From: an uncultured Planctomycetia bacterium
GTDB taxonomy: Bacteria; Omnitrophota; Gorgyraeia; Duberdicusellales; 4484-171
Direction: 5' to 3'
Assembly: GCA_964455875.1 (NCBI GenBank)
Contig: CAYVYZ010000001.1
Location: 51,895 to 107,036 of the forward strand
Length of the DNA: 55,142 nucleotides
In this document: positions 28,515 through 41,749 of the stretch, in pieces
Position numbering within the stretch: the first letter of the stretch is position 1
Layout: the number at the start of each line of letters is the position of its first letter
Notes under the pieces: model-generated
Databases searched by the model: none
Told to the model about the DNA's origin: nothing
The model's input: only the letters and a program-made list of their open reading frames with translations
Program-made: the position numbers and the translations under genes

Positions 28515-30653
28515 TTATGTTCCTAATATCTTTGCTAATATTTCTTTTGGTACCTCTTCGTAATAGAAAGGCTCTATTGTATAAGAAGCTCTGCCTTGTG
28601 TCAAGTTTCTTAACACATCTGCGTAGTTAAAAACTTCACGCAGAGGCACCTCTGCCCTAACTGTTTTAACATTCTTTCTATCAGCAATAGAAGTAATCTT
28701 TGCCCTTCTTACATTCAAATCAGCAATTACCTGACTTAAATACTCTAAAGGGGTTATCACCTCTAAATCCATTATTGGCTCAAGTAAAACTGGCCCCGCT
28801 TTCTTTAAACCATCTTTAAAAGCGATCTCAGCAGCAATCTTAAAGGCAAGCTCACTAGAATCAACCTCATGATAAGAGCCATCAATGAGTGTCACCTTTA
28901 TGTCTGTAACAGAGTACCCTCCGAGAATTCCTGCGTTAGCAGCATTAAATACTCCTTCTTTAACCGAAGGAATAAACTCACGAGGAATAGCTCCCCCTTT
29001 AATCTTATTTTCAAAAACAACACCGCCCTTTTTATTAGGCTCCATAAGCAAAACTACATGGCCATATTGGCCTCTTCCTCCTGTTTGCTGAACAAATTTG
29101 CCTACCGACTCTACTCGTTTTGTAATTGTCTCTTTATAAGCAACCTGGGGATTACCTACTCTAGCTTTGACTCTAAAGTCACTGAGCAACCTTCCTACCA
29201 TTACCTCTAAATGGAGCTGGCCCATTCCTGAAATGATATTTTGGCCAGTATCAGAATTATAAGAAACTCTAAAAGAAGGGTCTTCTGCCTCTAGTTTTTT
29301 TAAAGCCATAAATAATTTGTCCTGGTCTGCCTTTGTTTTAGGCTCAATAGCTAAAGAAACAACCGGCTCAGGAAACTTCATCTCCTCTAAAAGCAAAGGA
29401 TATTTAGGGTCACATAAAGTATCGCCTGTGGTAGTATTCTTTAACCCTACAAGACAAACTATATCGCCAGCTTTTGCTTGATTTATAATCTCTTGTTTGT
29501 TGGCATGCATTCTAACAATCTTTGTTATCTTTTCTTTACTTTTCTTTGTTGCATTATACACAACTGAAGAGGTATTAATTTTACCAGCGTATACTCTTGT
29601 ATAAAAAAGCTTACCCACAAAAGGATCAGTAAAAACCTTAAAGCACAAAGCGCAAAAAGGAGCTTTAGGGCTTATTTCTATTTCTTCAATCTCACCTTTT
29701 GTAGGGTGTAATCCTTTAACAATTTTCAAATCAGCAGGAGAAGGTAAAAAATCACATATGGCATCTAAAAGAAGTTGAACCCCTTTATTTTTTAAGGCAG
29801 AACCGCACAAAACAGGATAGAATTTATTCTTTAAGACATATTTACGAATTGTCCTGATAAAATCATTTTCTTTAAGCTCCTTATGATTAATAAACTTATC
29901 CATAAACTCATCGTCAAGCTCAGCAAGTCTTTCTGTAAGTTCATCTTTTAGCTTAGTAACGACTTCGGAAAGATAAGAAGGCACGGGTTTTCTTACCATC
30001 CTTTCACCCAAATCATCCTCATAATACACAGCTTCATTCCTTATAACATCTACTATCCCTTTAAGCTCATCATCCTCGTATATAGGAAACTGAACAGCAG
30101 CAGCATTTGCTCCCAGCTTATCTCTTATCTCATCCACCACTGACAACAAATCTGCTCCTACTCTATCCATTTTATTCACAAAAGCGATACGGGAAACTTT
30201 ATATTTGTCTGCCTGGCGCCATACTGTCTCTGACTGAGGCTCTACCCCTCCTACGCCGCAGAAAATTATAACTGCTCCATCTAAAACCTTAAGAGCACGT
30301 TCTACTTCAACAGTAAAATCTATATGCCCAGGTGTATCAATAATATTGATATTATAGTCTTTCCAGCGGCAGTAAGTAGCGGCGCTCGTTATAGTAATGC
30401 CTCTTTCTTTCTCCTGCTGCATCCAATCAGTAGTAGCAGTACCATCGTCTACTTCGCCAATCCTGTAAACTCTTCCGCTATAAAAAAGCACCCTTTCAGT
30501 AGTTGTAGTTTTACCGGCATCTATGTGGGCGACAAAACCAATATTTCTTATCAATTCTATTTCAGACATCTCTTTATCTATACTATCTATACTATAACTG
30601 TGTAAATTTTGTTTACTACCTATGTTACCTACTTTCACACCTATGTAGCCCAT
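28515..30653 (-). CDS. fusA: Elongation factor G
   Basis: 712-aa ORF. It contains [15 protein letters not shown] and DTPGHIDF. An internal ATG at 30569 ([11 protein letters not shown]...) would give a conventional N-terminus. Confidence 0.95.
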   Translation of the reverse strand: MGYIGVKVGNIGSKQNLHSYSIDSIDKEMSEIELIRNIGFVAHIDAGKTTTTERVLFYSGRVYRIGEVDDGTATTDWMQQEKERGITITSAATYCRWKDYNINIIDTPGHIDFTVEVERALKVLDGAVIIFCGVGGVEPQSETVWRQADKYKVSRIAFVNKMDRVGADLLSVVDEIRDKLGANAAAVQFPIYEDDELKGIVDVIRNEAVYYEDDLGERMVRKPVPSYLSEVVTKLKDELTERLAELDDEFMDKFINHKELKENDFIRTIRKYVLKNKFYPVLCGSALKNKGVQLLLDAICDFLPSPADLKIVKGLHPTKGEIEEIEISPKAPFCALCFKVFTDPFVGKLFYTRVYAGKINTSSVVYNATKKSKEKITKIVRMHANKQEIINQAKAGDIVCLVGLKNTTTGDTLCDPKYPLLLEEMKFPEPVVSLAIEPKTKADQDKLFMALKKLEAEDPSFRVSYNSDTGQNIISGMGQLHLEVMVGRLLSDFRVKARVGNPQVAYKETITKRVESVGKFVQQTGGRGQYGHVVLLMEPNKKGGVVFENKIKGGAIPREFIPSVKEGVFNAANAGILGGYSVTDIKVTLIDGSYHEVDSSELAFKIAAEIAFKDGLKKAGPVLLEPIMDLEVITPLEYLSQVIADLNVRRAKITSIADRKNVKTVRAEVPLREVFNYADVLRNLTQGRASYTIEPFYYEEVPKEILAKILGT

Positions 30654-30659
30654 CTATCT

Positions 30660-31127
30660 CTAAAATCTAAAATGAGCAAAAGCCCTGTTTGACTCTGCCA
30701 TTTTATGAGTATCTTCCTTCTTCTTTATTACTGCTCCTTCGTTCTTGTAGGCAGAAATTATCTCATCAGCAAGCTTTATACTCATAGGTTTACCTTTTTT
30801 ATTACGGGCAAAATCCCTCATCCACCTTAAAGCTATAGAAATTCCTCTTTGCTTAGAAACTTCTACAGGTACCTGATAAGTTGCCCCTCCAATACGGCGC
30901 GGCTTAACCTGAAGACGCGGCCGGGCATTCTCTAAAGCATCAAAAAATACTTTTAAAGCATCTTCTTTAGTTCTTTTCTCTACAGTATCTAAGGCTTCGT
31001 AGATTATTCTCTGAGCAATACTTTTTTTACCATCTCGCATAATAATATTTATAAAATGACTTAAAACTTCAGAGTTATACTTAGGGTCAGGAACAACCTC
31101 TCTTTTTGGTGCCCTTCTTCTTCTCAT
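30660..31127 (-). CDS. rpsG: 30S ribosomal protein S7
   Basis: 155 aa. It starts MRRRRAPKREVVPDPKY and contains KPRRIGGATYQVPVEV. Confidence 0.96.
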   Translation of the reverse strand: MRRRRAPKREVVPDPKYNSEVLSHFINIIMRDGKKSIAQRIIYEALDTVEKRTKEDALKVFFDALENARPRLQVKPRRIGGATYQVPVEVSKQRGISIALRWMRDFARNKKGKPMSIKLADEIISAYKNEGAVIKKKEDTHKMAESNRAFAHFRF

Positions 31128-31142
31128 TTTAACCCTCCATTA

Positions 31143-31517
31143 TTATCCTTTGGGCCTCTTTGCTCCATACTTAGAACGAGACTTTTTTCTATTTTGGACA
31201 CCTTGGGTATCCAGTGTCCCTCTTACAATGTGATAACGAACGCCAGGAAGGTCTTTAACTCTTCCTCCGCGTACCAAAACAATAGAATGTTCCTGAAGAT
31301 TATGCCCCTCTCCTGGGATATAAGCAGTAACCTCTTCAGAATTAGTAAGCCTTACACGGGCAATCTTACGCAAAGCAGAATTAGGTTTCTTAGGTGTCAT
31401 TGTTCTTACCTGAATACATACTCCTCTTTTCTGAGGACACATTCTTAAAGCTGGTGATTTAGACTTTCTCTTTTTGGGAACTCTTGGTTTTCGTAACAAC
31501 TGACCTATTGTTGGCAT
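31143..31517 (-). CDS. rpsL: 30S ribosomal protein S12
   Basis: 124 aa. It starts [10 protein letters not shown] and contains [10 protein letters not shown] and [13 protein letters not shown]. The ATG lies inside the last codons of rpoC. Confidence 0.97.
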   Translation of the reverse strand: MPTIGQLLRKPRVPKKRKSKSPALRMCPQKRGVCIQVRTMTPKKPNSALRKIARVRLTNSEEVTAYIPGEGHNLQEHSIVLVRGGRVKDLPGVRYHIVRGTLDTQGVQNRKKSRSKYGAKRPKG

Positions 31518-34500
31518 TTTTCCACCTCAACTTCCCGGTACCTCTTTAATCCTGTTCCTGCAGGAACAAGATGACCTACAATTACATTTTCCTTTAGACC
31601 TTTAAGCTCATCAACTTTCCCACTGCTTGCTGCATCTGTTAAAACACGGGTAGTCTCCTGAAAACTTGCTGCGGAAATAAAACTCTTGGTATTTAAACTT
31701 GCCTTTGTTATTCCTAAAAGTAAAGGAGCGGCTGTAGCAGGCTTCCCTCCCTTTTTAAGGATACGTGCATTTTCCTTCTTAAAATCCCATTTATCCACTG
31801 CTTCACCGGGCAAAAAGCTTGTATCACCGGCGTCAACAATTTTAACTTTCTTAAGCATCTCCCGAATAATCAATTCAATATGTTTATCATTTATGCTTAC
31901 GCCCTGTAAGCGATATATTTCCTGAATCTCATTTACCAGATACTCCTGTAATACCTTATCACCGCAAACACGCAAGATATCCTGTAAGACGATAGGGCCT
32001 TCGGTAAGCTGTTGACCAGCAGTAACCTTATCCCCTTTATACACTATAGGATGAGTGCCTATAGGAATAGCATATTCTCTTTTCATGCCCGTAGGGCTTC
32101 TTACAATTATTTTTCTTTCGCCTTTTTCTTCTTTAAATTCCACAAAACCATCTATTTCACTAATTACTGCGGGGTTTTTGGGCCGACGCGCTTCAAAAAG
32201 CTCTGCTACACGGGGTAAACCTCCTGTAATATCTCTTGTCTTTGCTACCAGACGAGGAGTCTTAGCAATAACATCACCGGCTTCTACCTTATCTTTTTCC
32301 TCTACCATAATATGTGCTCCTGTAGGCACAGGATAAATCCCTAAAACCTCGTCTTTATCAGAAAGGATAAGAATTTGAGGATGGTAGTCTCCTTTAAATT
32401 CAATTACTACTCTTTCTTTTCTTCCTGTTGCTAAATTCATTTCCTCTTGTATAGTTATCCCTTCAATTACATCTTCATATTTTACCTTACCACTAACCTC
32501 AGTAAGAATTGGCGAAGAATAGGGGTCCCACCGGACAAAAATCTTATCCTTCTCAACTCTCCCGCCGTCTTCAACAAGAATAAATGACCCTTGAGGAACC
32601 GGATTTCTTTGAAGCTCTATCCCCTTCTCATCATTTATGCTGATCATGCCGTTACGATTAAGGACAACAAAGTTTTTCCCTTTAGGGACTACTTTAAGAC
32701 CATGGTACTTAATGGTACCTGACTCCCTTGCTTTGATAAATGACCTCTCAGCAACTCTTGATGCTGTACCTCCAATATGAAATGTCCTCATGGTAAGCTG
32801 GGTCCCTGGCTCACCTATTGACTGAGCAGCAATAACTCCTACCGCTTCTCCAATTTCAACCATCTTGCCTGTAGCTAAGTTTCTGCCATAACACTTTCTA
32901 CATACACCCCTTTCTGATTCACAGGTAAGAACACTTCTTATCCTTATTTTCTCAATCCCAAGCTTTTCAATCTTCTCTGCCTTTTCCTCTATAATCTCCT
33001 CTCCTGCCTTTACAATGACTTCATCACTCACTATATCTACAATATTATCCAAAGCTACCCTACCAACAATCCTTTCTTTTAAGGAAACTACTACTTCATC
33101 GCCCTCTACAATCTCTGAAACTGTTATGCCATTAACTGTCCCGCAATCATCCTCAATAACAATTACCTCTTGAGCAACATCAACAAGCCTTCTTGTCAAG
33201 TATCCAGCATCAGCAGTCTTTAAGGCAGTATCAGCAAGACCTTTTCTTGCTCCATGGGTAGAAATAAAGTATTCTAACACACTTAACCCTTCACGAAAGT
33301 TGGAAGTAATAGGGGTTTCTATAATCTCTCCTGAAGGCTTTGCCATTAGCCCTCTCATCCCAGCAAGCTGACGCATCTGAAGACGTGAACCTCTCGCACC
33401 TGAGTCTGCCATCATAAAAATAGGATTAAAAAAGTCAAGGTTCTGAAATACATAGTCAGAAACCTTATCGGTAGTGCGTGTCCATATATCAATAATCTTA
33501 TTATGACGTTCTCTCTCGGTGATAATCCCCCGACGGTATTGCTCTTCTACCTTGGAAAGTTCTGTATTTGCCTCTTTTATACAATCGGTCTTTTGAGAAG
33601 GAATTCTTAAGTCTTCCATTCCTATACTTACTCCACCCTTTGTGGCATACTCAAAACCCAAATCTTTCAAATCATCCAGAAGAACAATAGTAGCATGATG
33701 ACCAAACTTTTTATAACATTCGCTTACAATATTGGAAATCTTCTTCTTGTTAAGAACTTCATTTACGAATCTGAATCCTTTTGGTAGTATTTGGTTAAAA
33801 ATTATTCTTCCTACTGTAGTATCAACTATTTTAGTCTTACCGTCTTCTTCTATCCTTAGCTTCACCTTAGCATGTAATTCTACCTCTTCATCCTGATAAG
33901 CAGTAATTGCCTCATCAGGGTTAGAAAAAATAATACCTTCTCCCCTTGCCCCTTCTTTTTCTACACTTAAAAACCTGCATCCTAAAATTATATCCTGACT
34001 AGGAGTAATAATTGGCCTTCCATCAGCAGGAGAAAAAATATTGTTGGCAGCAAGCATCATTATTTTTGCCTCAGCTTGAGCTTCCAAAGATAAAGGAACA
34101 TGTACCGCCATCTGGTCGCCATCAAAATCAGCATTAAAGGGAGCACACACTAAAGGATGAAGTTTTATTGCCTTGCCTTCCACAAGAATAGGGTAAAAAG
34201 CCTGAATACTTAAACGATGTAGAGTAGGAGCACGATTAAGCAATACGGGATGTCCCTTTATAACCTCTTCTAAAATATCCCACACCTCAACCCTGGCACG
34301 TTCCACCATCCTACGCGCGCCTCTTATGGTATGAACAAAACCCCTCTCACGTAGCTTTCTTATAATAAAAGGTTCAAAAAGCTCTAAGGCCATCTGCTTG
34401 GGAATTCCACACTCATACAATTTAAGCTCAGGACCAACAACAATAACACTTCTTCCAGAGTAATCCACGCGTTTACCTAAAAGATTTTGGCGGAACCTGC

Positions 34501-35479
34501 CTTGTTTTCCTTTAAGCATATCAGATAAACTCTTAAGAGGTCTGTTCTGAGGACCCATAACAGGGCGACCGTGCCTACCGTTTTCCAGTAAAGCATCTAC
34601 TGCCTCCTGAAGCATTCTTTTTTCATTACGGATGATTACTTCAGGTGCCCCCAAACTCATTAGTTTCTTAAGACGGTTATTTCTATTTATTACGCGGCGG
34701 TAAAGGTCGTTTAAATCACTAGAGGCAAACCTTCCTCCCTCAAGAGGAACCAGAGGTCTTAAATCAGGGGGAATAACGGGCAGCACAGTCAACACCATCC
34801 ATTCTGGCTTGTTTCCTGAACGACGGAAGTCCTCTACAATCTTAAGGCGTTTAAGAAGACGTTTGACTGTCGCATTGGTTTTTGCTGAAGATAACTCTTT
34901 CCGAATACCTCTGCTTATCTTATCCAAATCCACCTCTTTTAAAAGATAAAGAATAGCCTCTGCGCCAATCTTTATTTTGACATTGCCCTTATACTCTTTT
35001 AAGGCATTTTGGTATTCTTCTTCATTTAAGAGCTGCTTCTTCTTTAGGGGAGTGTCCTGAGGGTCTACTACAATATGCTGTTCATAATAAATAACTTTTT
35101 CTAACTCACGCAGGCTCATATCTAAAATAGCAGCAAGCCGCGATGGAACCACTTTAAAGAACCATATATGGGTTACAGGAGTAGCCAACTCAATGTGTCC
35201 CATACGCTGCCTTCTTGCTGAAGAATGAATAATCTCTACACCGCAACGATCGCATTTAGACCCTTTATACTTAATGCCTTTTAACTTTCCGCAATGACAC
35301 TCCCAATCCCTCACAGGTCCAAAAATTCTTTCACAAAACAAACCGTCTTTTTCTGGCTTAAGAGTGCGATAATTAAGAGTTTCTGCCTTCTTAACTTCTC
35401 CAAACGACCATGACTTAATAATCTGAGGAGAGGCAAGTTTTATACTTATTCTGTCAAAAAAACTCACTTCCTTAATCAT
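31505..35479 (-). CDS. rpoC: DNA-directed RNA polymerase subunit beta'
   Basis: 1324 aa. It has the zinc motif CHCGKLKG...CDRCG and the catalytic motif [12 protein letters not shown]. Confidence 0.98.
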   Translation of the reverse strand: MIKEVSFFDRISIKLASPQIIKSWSFGEVKKAETLNYRTLKPEKDGLFCERIFGPVRDWECHCGKLKGIKYKGSKCDRCGVEIIHSSARRQRMGHIELATPVTHIWFFKVVPSRLAAILDMSLRELEKVIYYEQHIVVDPQDTPLKKKQLLNEEEYQNALKEYKGNVKIKIGAEAILYLLKEVDLDKISRGIRKELSSAKTNATVKRLLKRLKIVEDFRRSGNKPEWMVLTVLPVIPPDLRPLVPLEGGRFASSDLNDLYRRVINRNNRLKKLMSLGAPEVIIRNEKRMLQEAVDALLENGRHGRPVMGPQNRPLKSLSDMLKGKQGRFRQNLLGKRVDYSGRSVIVVGPELKLYECGIPKQMALELFEPFIIRKLRERGFVHTIRGARRMVERARVEVWDILEEVIKGHPVLLNRAPTLHRLSIQAFYPILVEGKAIKLHPLVCAPFNADFDGDQMAVHVPLSLEAQAEAKIMMLAANNIFSPADGRPIITPSQDIILGCRFLSVEKEGARGEGIIFSNPDEAITAYQDEEVELHAKVKLRIEEDGKTKIVDTTVGRIIFNQILPKGFRFVNEVLNKKKISNIVSECYKKFGHHATIVLLDDLKDLGFEYATKGGVSIGMEDLRIPSQKTDCIKEANTELSKVEEQYRRGIITERERHNKIIDIWTRTTDKVSDYVFQNLDFFNPIFMMADSGARGSRLQMRQLAGMRGLMAKPSGEIIETPITSNFREGLSVLEYFISTHGARKGLADTALKTADAGYLTRRLVDVAQEVIVIEDDCGTVNGITVSEIVEGDEVVVSLKERIVGRVALDNIVDIVSDEVIVKAGEEIIEEKAEKIEKLGIEKIRIRSVLTCESERGVCRKCYGRNLATGKMVEIGEAVGVIAAQSIGEPGTQLTMRTFHIGGTASRVAERSFIKARESGTIKYHGLKVVPKGKNFVVLNRNGMISINDEKGIELQRNPVPQGSFILVEDGGRVEKDKIFVRWDPYSSPILTEVSGKVKYEDVIEGITIQEEMNLATGRKERVVIEFKGDYHPQILILSDKDEVLGIYPVPTGAHIMVEEKDKVEAGDVIAKTPRLVAKTRDITGGLPRVAELFEARRPKNPAVISEIDGFVEFKEEKGERKIIVRSPTGMKREYAIPIGTHPIVYKGDKVTAGQQLTEGPIVLQDILRVCGDKVLQEYLVNEIQEIYRLQGVSINDKHIELIIREMLKKVKIVDAGDTSFLPGEAVDKWDFKKENARILKKGGKPATAAPLLLGITKASLNTKSFISAASFQETTRVLTDAASSGKVDELKGLKENVIVGHLVPAGTGLKRYREVEVEKCQQ

Positions 35480-38400
35480 AAATTTCGCTCCTTTTCTGCT
35501 TTCAAATCAAGACACAACCCTTGCAACTCTCTCATTAACACATTAAATGACTCAGGAACGGAAGGGCTAAACCTCTGTTCGCCTCTTACAATCGCCTCAT
35601 AGATTCTAGTTCTACCCTCTACATCGTCACTCTTTACTGTAAGAATTTCCTGTAAGGTAAATGCTGCCCCATAAGCCTCAAGAGCCCAAACTTCCATTTC
35701 TCCAAAACGCTGACCGCCAAACTGTGCCTTACCACCTAGAGGTTGTTGAGTAATGAGAGAATAAGGTCCGATTGCGCGGGCATGAATTTTGTCTTCCACC
35801 ATATGCACAAGCTTCATCACATACATTTTCCCTACAGTTACCTTCTGATCAAACGGTTTCCCTGTATAGCCGTCATAAAGAGTTACCTTTCCATCCTCGG
35901 GAAGATTTGCCTCTCTAAGTAATTCTCTGATTTTTTCCTCCTTTACCCCATCAAACACAGGACTCATAATCTTTATACCCAGTTTGTCTGCCGCCCATCC
36001 TAAGTGGGTTTCTAATAACTGCCCCACATTCATACGGGAGGGAACACCTAAAGGATTAAGGATTACATCAACAGGGGTTCCGTCTTCAAGATAGGGCATA
36101 TCCTCTTCGGGAAGGATTTTCCCAATCACCCCCTTATTTCCATGCCTTCCAGAAAGCTTGTCTCCTTCAGCAATCTTTCTCTTCATCGCTATAAACACTA
36201 CAACTCTTTTTAATACCCCCGTAGGAAGCTCATCGCCTTTCTTTATCTTGGCAATCTCTAATTCTTTTTCCATCTGCAATTCCTGCAATCTCTCCTCGTA
36301 TATATTTACAATATCCCTTGCCTCCTCACTCTCTTCAATATCCTTAGAAGTAATTCTTGACTCGCTCTTACCTAACACAGCAGCTAAACGTTTAATCTTC
36401 TCACGCTCCATAAGTTCAATCTCTTCCTCATAGTACTGCTCCACCTCTTTAAGCCTTCTTAGCTCCTCAGTCTTTTCCTTTTTAGACTTTCTGCCTCTAT
36501 CTTTCCGCTGAAAAACGTCAACATGAATAACTACACCATTAACACCAGGGGGAACCCTCAAAGAAGTATCTTTAACCTCAGCCGCCTTCTCTCCAAAAAT
36601 AGCTCTGAGCAACCTCTCCTCAGGGGAAAGTTCCTTTTCTGTCTTAGGAGTAACTCTTCCCACTAAGATATCGTCAGGCATAACCTCCGCGCCTATACGT
36701 ACAATTCCACTTTCATCCAAATTCTTAAGTGCTTCTTCACTAACATTAGGAATGTCACGGGTAATTTCTTCGTTTCCCAAGCGCGTCTCACGTGACTCTA
36801 TCTCAAATCTCTCAATATGAACAGAGGTTAAAATATCGTCCTTCACTAAACGTTCGCTTATAATAATTGCGTCTTCAAAATTGTATCCTCGCCAAGGCAA
36901 AAATGCTACAAGAAGATTCTTACCCAAAGCGAACTCTCCATTCTTAGTAGCCACACCATCTGCGATTATATCCCCTTTTCTTACATAATCCCCTTTCTTG
37001 ACCAGAGGTCTCTGGTTAATGCAGGTATCGGCATTGGAACGGTAAAATTTCTTAAGTCTGTAGGTGATGTTACCCACCTTTATATGAAAACTGTCCACCT
37101 CGGTAACATACCCGGAATCTTTTGCAATGACTACTGCTCCACTGTCTCTAGCTACTTTCTCTTCTAAACCAGTTGCTACCAGTGCTTCTTCAGTAAAAAG
37201 CAAAGGTACTCCTTGGCGCTGCATATTAGAACCCATAAGAGCACGGTTAGCATCATCGTGTTCTAAGAAAGGAATAATAGAAGCGGATACAGAAACAATC
37301 TGATGAGGAGCAACATCCATATATTCTATCTCTTTAGGTGCTACTTTAGGAAATTTACCTTTATGACGACAATATATCCACTCATCTTTAATTCTTCCTC
37401 TATCATCTATATTAGGAGTAACCTGGGCAATAATCCTATTTTCCTCTTCGTCAGCAGTCAAATATTCTATTTTATCCAGAACAACTCCTTTCTCCACTTT
37501 CCTGTAAGGAGTAATAAGAAAACCCAAAGAATTGACTTTAGCATAAGTAGTAAGGCTAGATAAGAGTCCAATATTAGGCCCTTCAGGTGTTTCAATAGGA
37601 CATATTCTTCCATAATGGGAAGGATGAACATCTCTTACCTCAAATCCTGCCCGTTCACGCGAAAGACCACCTGGCCCCATTGCAGAAAGACGGCGCTTAT
37701 GTGTAACTTCTGCTAAAGGATTGGTTTGGTCCATAAACTGAGATAACGGTGAACGCGCAAAGAAATCATTTATTTGGGAAGAGAATGCCCGTGAATTAAT
37801 AAGGTGCTGGATGGAAAAATCATTATTAGAAATCAAAGAGCACCTCTCTAAGAAAGTCCTCTCTACTCTTAGAAGACCAACCCTTACCTGATGTTGAAGC
37901 AATTCTCCAATTAACTTTACACGCCGGTTACTCAAATGATCAATATCATCAATATCACGCTCACCATTTTTGACTTTTAAAAGGCTCTTGATAACTGCTA
38001 CAATAGTATCTAAGTCCAAAACACGTTTATTTAAGGGAATGTTCAAAGAAAGTTTTTTGTTAAGCATATATCTTCCCACGCGCGCTAAGTCATATCTTCT
38101 ATTGTCTCGAAACATTCGATTGAATACTTCCTTTGCCGCCTCTAAAGTAACTGGTTCGGTTGGCCTCATCTTTTTGTAGAAATCCAGAAATGCCTCCTCT
38201 TTATTAGTGGTAGTATCCTTCTTAACTGTGTTAACAAGGTCGGGATAAGGCTTGTCAGAGAAACAATTATATATCTCATCATTAGTAGAGAGTCCAAACA
38301 TACGCAAGATTTGAGTAGCTGGAAAAGTTTTTCGTCTATCTACAATAGCTGTAATAACCTCATTTACATCACATCTGAACTCTAACCAATAACCACGATA

Positions 38401-38895
38401 GGGTATTATCCGTCCATAATACACTCTTTTTCCTGTAGGATGAGGTTCTTCTTCAAAGAAAACGCCAGGAGAACGCTGTAGCTGACTTACTACAACCCGC
38501 TCATCTCCATTAATAATAAAAGAGGCTACATCAGTAATAAGAGGGATATCTCCTAAATAAATTTCCTGCTCTCTAATTGACTTTGACTCCTCTACAAGCC
38601 TTAAACGAACTCTTAAAGGAGCAGCATACGTTTGAGAACGGCGTTTACACTCCTCTATACCGTAGCGAGGCCTGCTTAAACTATAACTTATAAATTCTAA
38701 ACTAAACCTGCCATCAGGGCTGGTAATAGGAAAAACTTCCTTAAAAATTTCCTGCAACCCCACATTCTTACGCTTCTCAGGAAGAACATCAGCCTGCAAG
38801 AACTCTTCAAAGGAACGCAATTGGTGCTCAAGAAAATGAGGCATAGAAGAGCCTGGCTTTATACGGGAATAGGATTTCCTTTTAACCCACTTCAT
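35476..38895 (-). CDS. rpoB: DNA-directed RNA polymerase subunit beta
   Basis: 1139 aa. It contains [13 protein letters not shown] and [15 protein letters not shown]. Confidence 0.98.
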   Translation of the reverse strand: MKWVKRKSYSRIKPGSSMPHFLEHQLRSFEEFLQADVLPEKRKNVGLQEIFKEVFPITSPDGRFSLEFISYSLSRPRYGIEECKRRSQTYAAPLRVRLRLVEESKSIREQEIYLGDIPLITDVASFIINGDERVVVSQLQRSPGVFFEEEPHPTGKRVYYGRIIPYRGYWLEFRCDVNEVITAIVDRRKTFPATQILRMFGLSTNDEIYNCFSDKPYPDLVNTVKKDTTTNKEEAFLDFYKKMRPTEPVTLEAAKEVFNRMFRDNRRYDLARVGRYMLNKKLSLNIPLNKRVLDLDTIVAVIKSLLKVKNGERDIDDIDHLSNRRVKLIGELLQHQVRVGLLRVERTFLERCSLISNNDFSIQHLINSRAFSSQINDFFARSPLSQFMDQTNPLAEVTHKRRLSAMGPGGLSRERAGFEVRDVHPSHYGRICPIETPEGPNIGLLSSLTTYAKVNSLGFLITPYRKVEKGVVLDKIEYLTADEEENRIIAQVTPNIDDRGRIKDEWIYCRHKGKFPKVAPKEIEYMDVAPHQIVSVSASIIPFLEHDDANRALMGSNMQRQGVPLLFTEEALVATGLEEKVARDSGAVVIAKDSGYVTEVDSFHIKVGNITYRLKKFYRSNADTCINQRPLVKKGDYVRKGDIIADGVATKNGEFALGKNLLVAFLPWRGYNFEDAIIISERLVKDDILTSVHIERFEIESRETRLGNEEITRDIPNVSEEALKNLDESGIVRIGAEVMPDDILVGRVTPKTEKELSPEERLLRAIFGEKAAEVKDTSLRVPPGVNGVVIHVDVFQRKDRGRKSKKEKTEELRRLKEVEQYYEEEIELMEREKIKRLAAVLGKSESRITSKDIEESEEARDIVNIYEERLQELQMEKELEIAKIKKGDELPTGVLKRVVVFIAMKRKIAEGDKLSGRHGNKGVIGKILPEEDMPYLEDGTPVDVILNPLGVPSRMNVGQLLETHLGWAADKLGIKIMSPVFDGVKEEKIRELLREANLPEDGKVTLYDGYTGKPFDQKVTVGKMYVMKLVHMVEDKIHARAIGPYSLITQQPLGGKAQFGGQRFGEMEVWALEAYGAAFTLQEILTVKSDDVEGRTRIYEAIVRGEQRFSPSVPESFNVLMRELQGLCLDLKAEKERNL

Positions 38896-38924
38896 TCTAC
38901 CTCGCTTTTTTAAAAAATAATCTA

Positions 38925-39299
38925 TTACTTAAGCTCTACTGTAGCACCGGCTGCTTCTAATTTTTTCTTTATCTCCTCTGCCTCCTCTTTGGAAACATTT
39001 TCTTTAACTGTCTTAGGGGCAGAATCTACTAATGCTTTTGCTTCCTTTAAGCCTAACTCGGTAATTGCTCTTATTTCCTTTATAACAGCAATTTTGTTGC
39101 CTCCTACAGCAGAAAGGACAACGTTAAAGGATGTTTTCTCTTCCTCTTCTTCCTGGGAAGCTGCTGCAGTAGCTTGAGCAGCAACTACTGGCGCAGAAGC
39201 TGTTACACCAAATTTTTCTTCACATGCTTTTACTAACTCAGAAAGCTCAAGAACTGTCATCCCCTCTAACATTTTCAAAATCTCTTCTACCTTAGACAT
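38925..39299 (-). CDS. rplL: 50S ribosomal protein L7/L12
   Basis: 124 aa. It has an Ala-rich hinge and a C-terminal domain ...[12 protein letters not shown]...[11 protein letters not shown]. Confidence 0.96.
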   Translation of the reverse strand: MSKVEEILKMLEGMTVLELSELVKACEEKFGVTASAPVVAAQATAAASQEEEEEKTSFNVVLSAVGGNKIAVIKEIRAITELGLKEAKALVDSAPKTVKENVSKEEAEEIKKKLEAAGATVELK

Positions 39300-39321
39300 A
39301 ACTACCTCCTTAATCTTAATC

Positions 39322-39855
39322 CTATTGCTTGGACTGCTTATTTTTTATCTCTTCTATCACCCATACAAATTTAAGAATAATGTTGTTTAGCATCCCCACA
39401 AACCCTGTAAGAGGAGAAGCTAAACCCATTACTGCTTGACCAATAAGAATATCTCTGGATGGCAACTTAGATATTTCCTCTAACTCTTTCTGCCCTAATT
39501 TATTGTTATTCAAGAATGCTCCCTTTAAAACAAAGTTCTCATTTTCTTTAGAAAAGTCAAAAAGCATTTTAGAGACTTTCACTACATCACTATCGTTAAT
39601 AAAAACTAAGGCGGTAGAACCATCAACAAGGTCGCTCATATCTTGGGCGTTCATATTTTCAAGTGCTCTTTTAATCAAAGAGTTCTTAGAAACAAACAGA
39701 AAAGAACCTTCTTTTCTTAAAGAATTACGCAAATTATTAAAACTTAAAGCAGAAACCTTACTAAAATTAACGAATATACATCCTTGGGAACTCTTCCAAT
39801 CCTGTGTTATCTTATCAACTATTTTCTCTCTGTATAGTAAACCCACTTTCTTCAT
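39322..39855 (-). CDS. rplJ: 50S ribosomal protein L10
   Basis: 177 aa. It sits in the canonical position between rplA and rplL and shows an L10-like pattern (...STALVF...). Confidence 0.9.
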   Translation of the reverse strand: MKKVGLLYREKIVDKITQDWKSSQGCIFVNFSKVSALSFNNLRNSLRKEGSFLFVSKNSLIKRALENMNAQDMSDLVDGSTALVFINDSDVVKVSKMLFDFSKENENFVLKGAFLNNNKLGQKELEEISKLPSRDILIGQAVMGLASPLTGFVGMLNNIILKFVWVIEEIKNKQSKQ

Positions 39856-40538
39856 AAGGACACCTTAAGCCTTAAAGAAGGACTCATTGTAGTAGAAATA
39901 AACATACTCTTTATCAACTCGCCTTTTACCGCAGCAGGCTTAGCATTATTAAGAGCCTCCAAGAAAACTTTTATATTCTCCACCAAGGCCTCTTTAGAAA
40001 AAGAAACTTTCCCTACGCCTACAGCCAAGCAGCCAAACTTATCCATTCTGAACTCAATCTTACCAGCCTTTGCCTCTTTTACTGCAGAAGAGATATCCTC
40101 TGTAACAGTTCCTGTCTTAGGAGAAGGCATTAGCCCTCGTGGTCCTAAAATTTTTCCCAGACGACTCACTAACCGCATCATCTGAGGAGTAGAAACACAG
40201 GAATCAAACTCTAACCAACCTTCCTTCATAACCTTATCTACCAAATCCTGCCCCCCAACAAAATCTGCTCCTGCATCTTTAGCGACTTGCTCCTTCTCCG
40301 GTTCACAAAAAACCAAAACCTTAACCTTTTTCCCTGTGCCATGCGGCAAAACCACAGAACTTCTTATCATCTGGTCAGACTTTTTAGGGTCAGCATTCAA
40401 CTTACAACTAATTTCTACAGTCTCGTCAAATTTTGCCTTGGGAATATTTTTCAAGATATCAACGGCTTCCTCGAAAGAATATACCTTTTCTCTGTCTACC
40501 AGTTCAACTGCCTTACGATACCTTTTGCTTCTTTTCAT
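39852..40538 (-). CDS. rplA: 50S ribosomal protein L1
   Basis: 228 aa. It contains [17 protein letters not shown] and [16 protein letters not shown]. Confidence 0.96.
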   Translation of the reverse strand: MKRSKRYRKAVELVDREKVYSFEEAVDILKNIPKAKFDETVEISCKLNADPKKSDQMIRSSVVLPHGTGKKVKVLVFCEPEKEQVAKDAGADFVGGQDLVDKVMKEGWLEFDSCVSTPQMMRLVSRLGKILGPRGLMPSPKTGTVTEDISSAVKEAKAGKIEFRMDKFGCLAVGVGKVSFSKEALVENIKVFLEALNNAKPAAVKGELIKSMFISTTMSPSLRLKVSL

Positions 40539-40972
40539 TCTTTCACCCTTATTCCCATGCTTCTTGCTGTACCCTCTATTATTTTTATAGCTGCCTCTAA
40601 ATTCACAGTATTTAAGTCATCCATCTTCTCTTTAGCGATTTGCGCTGCCTGCTCTTTAGTAATCTCCCCAATAATCTCTTTGCCCGCTAAACCTGAAGCT
40701 TTTGCTAAATTTGCTGCCCGCTTAATAAGGACAGATGCAGGTGGACTTTTAATAATAAAATCAAAGCTCCTATCTTCATAAACACTAATAACAACAGGAA
40801 GAATTATCCCTTCTTTATTTTTAGTAGCATCATTAAAGGCTTTACAGAACTGCATTATATTAACTCCGTGCTGACCTAAAGCAGGTCCCACAGGAGGGGC
40901 AGGATTAGCACTCCCCGCAGGAATCTGAAGCTTAATAAAGGCAACAGGGGTCTTTTTTCTTTTCTTCGCCAT
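40535..40972 (-). CDS. rplK: 50S ribosomal protein L11
   Basis: 145 aa. It contains [30 protein letters not shown]. Confidence 0.96.
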   Translation of the reverse strand: MAKKRKKTPVAFIKLQIPAGSANPAPPVGPALGQHGVNIMQFCKAFNDATKNKEGIILPVVISVYEDRSFDFIIKSPPASVLIKRAANLAKASGLAGKEIIGEITKEQAAQIAKEKMDDLNTVNLEAAIKIIEGTARSMGIRVKE

Positions 40973-40988
40973 TATCTTTTCTCTCCTT

Positions 40989-41516
40989 CTATATTTTCTC
41001 TACCTGCCATAGCTCTAACTCCACAGGAGTGGTTCGCCCAAATATAGTAACACTAACCTTCAACTTCCCCTTCTGAAGATTCACTTCCTCTACTACACCA
41101 TTAAAATTAACAAAAGGACCTTCTATGACTCTTACACTTTCACCTTTCTCAAAACTAATCTTAGGAGAAGGATTAACTTTTGTTTCTTCTGATTTCATAA
41201 GAATTCTCTCTACCTCTTCCTCAGAAAGAGGGGTAGGTTTTCTTGCAGGGCCAATAAATGTAGCTATGCCAGGAGTTTTCTTAACAAAAAGCCAAGTAGC
41301 ATCATTTAATTCCATATGCACAAGAATATAACCAGGAAAAAACTTCCTCTCTAAAATCCTCTTTTTCCCAAGGCGTACTTCTGTAACCTGCTCTTTGGGT
41401 ATTACAATTTTATCAATGGAATCCTGCATATTAAATGCTTCAATACGTGCTTCAAGATTAGCCTTTGCCTTTTCTTCTGCTCCACTTAATGTATGGAGTA
41501 TATACCACTTCTTCAT
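40989..41516 (-). CDS. nusG: Transcription termination/antitermination factor NusG
   Basis: I take the ATG at 41516 as the start, giving [18 protein letters not shown]... (175 aa). It has an NGN domain and a KOW motif ([18 protein letters not shown]). The ORF-track TTG at 41555 lies inside secE. Confidence 0.94.
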   Translation of the reverse strand: MKKWYILHTLSGAEEKAKANLEARIEAFNMQDSIDKIVIPKEQVTEVRLGKKRILERKFFPGYILVHMELNDATWLFVKKTPGIATFIGPARKPTPLSEEEVERILMKSEETKVNPSPKISFEKGESVRVIEGPFVNFNGVVEEVNLQKGKLKVSVTIFGRTTPVELELWQVEKI

Positions 41517-41518
41517 TA

Positions 41519-41731
41519 TTATTGAATAATAAAACGCATTATTTTTGATACGCAAAAGTCTATTACTGCAATATACGCTGTCAAGAAAACCGAAGCAACA
41601 ATCACCACTGCTGTAGCAGCTATCAACTCCTCCTTTGTAGACCAGGTAATCTTTTTAAGCTCAAGATGCACTTCTTTCAAGAATCTTTTTACAAATGAAG
41701 GAAATCCAACTATTTTTTTTACTAACCCCAT
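41519..41731 (-). CDS. secE: Preprotein translocase subunit SecE
   Basis: 70 aa. It contains LKKITWSTKEEL followed by a single TM helix, and sits in the canonical position upstream of nusG. Confidence 0.9.
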   Translation of the reverse strand: MGLVKKIVGFPSFVKRFLKEVHLELKKITWSTKEELIAATAVVIVASVFLTAYIAVIDFCVSKIMRFIIQ

Positions 41732-41749
41732 CTTAGTCTAACTCTTAAT

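Noticed and set aside
36220-36510. Highly charged, coiled-coil-like stretch in RpoB ([40 protein letters not shown]...)
   Set aside because: By position, just upstream of [13 protein letters not shown], it corresponds to the lineage-variable charged region present in E. coli beta as well. It is not an insertion or an intein.
40287-40781. 164-aa plus-strand ORF spanning the rplA/rplK junction. Similar antisense ORFs lie at 19179-19598, 12468-12893, 1611-2024, 15208-15600, 28869-29210 and 49560-49877.
   Set aside because: All lie fully antisense to well-supported conserved genes. Their translations are low-complexity or hydrophobic, and none has convincing start signals.
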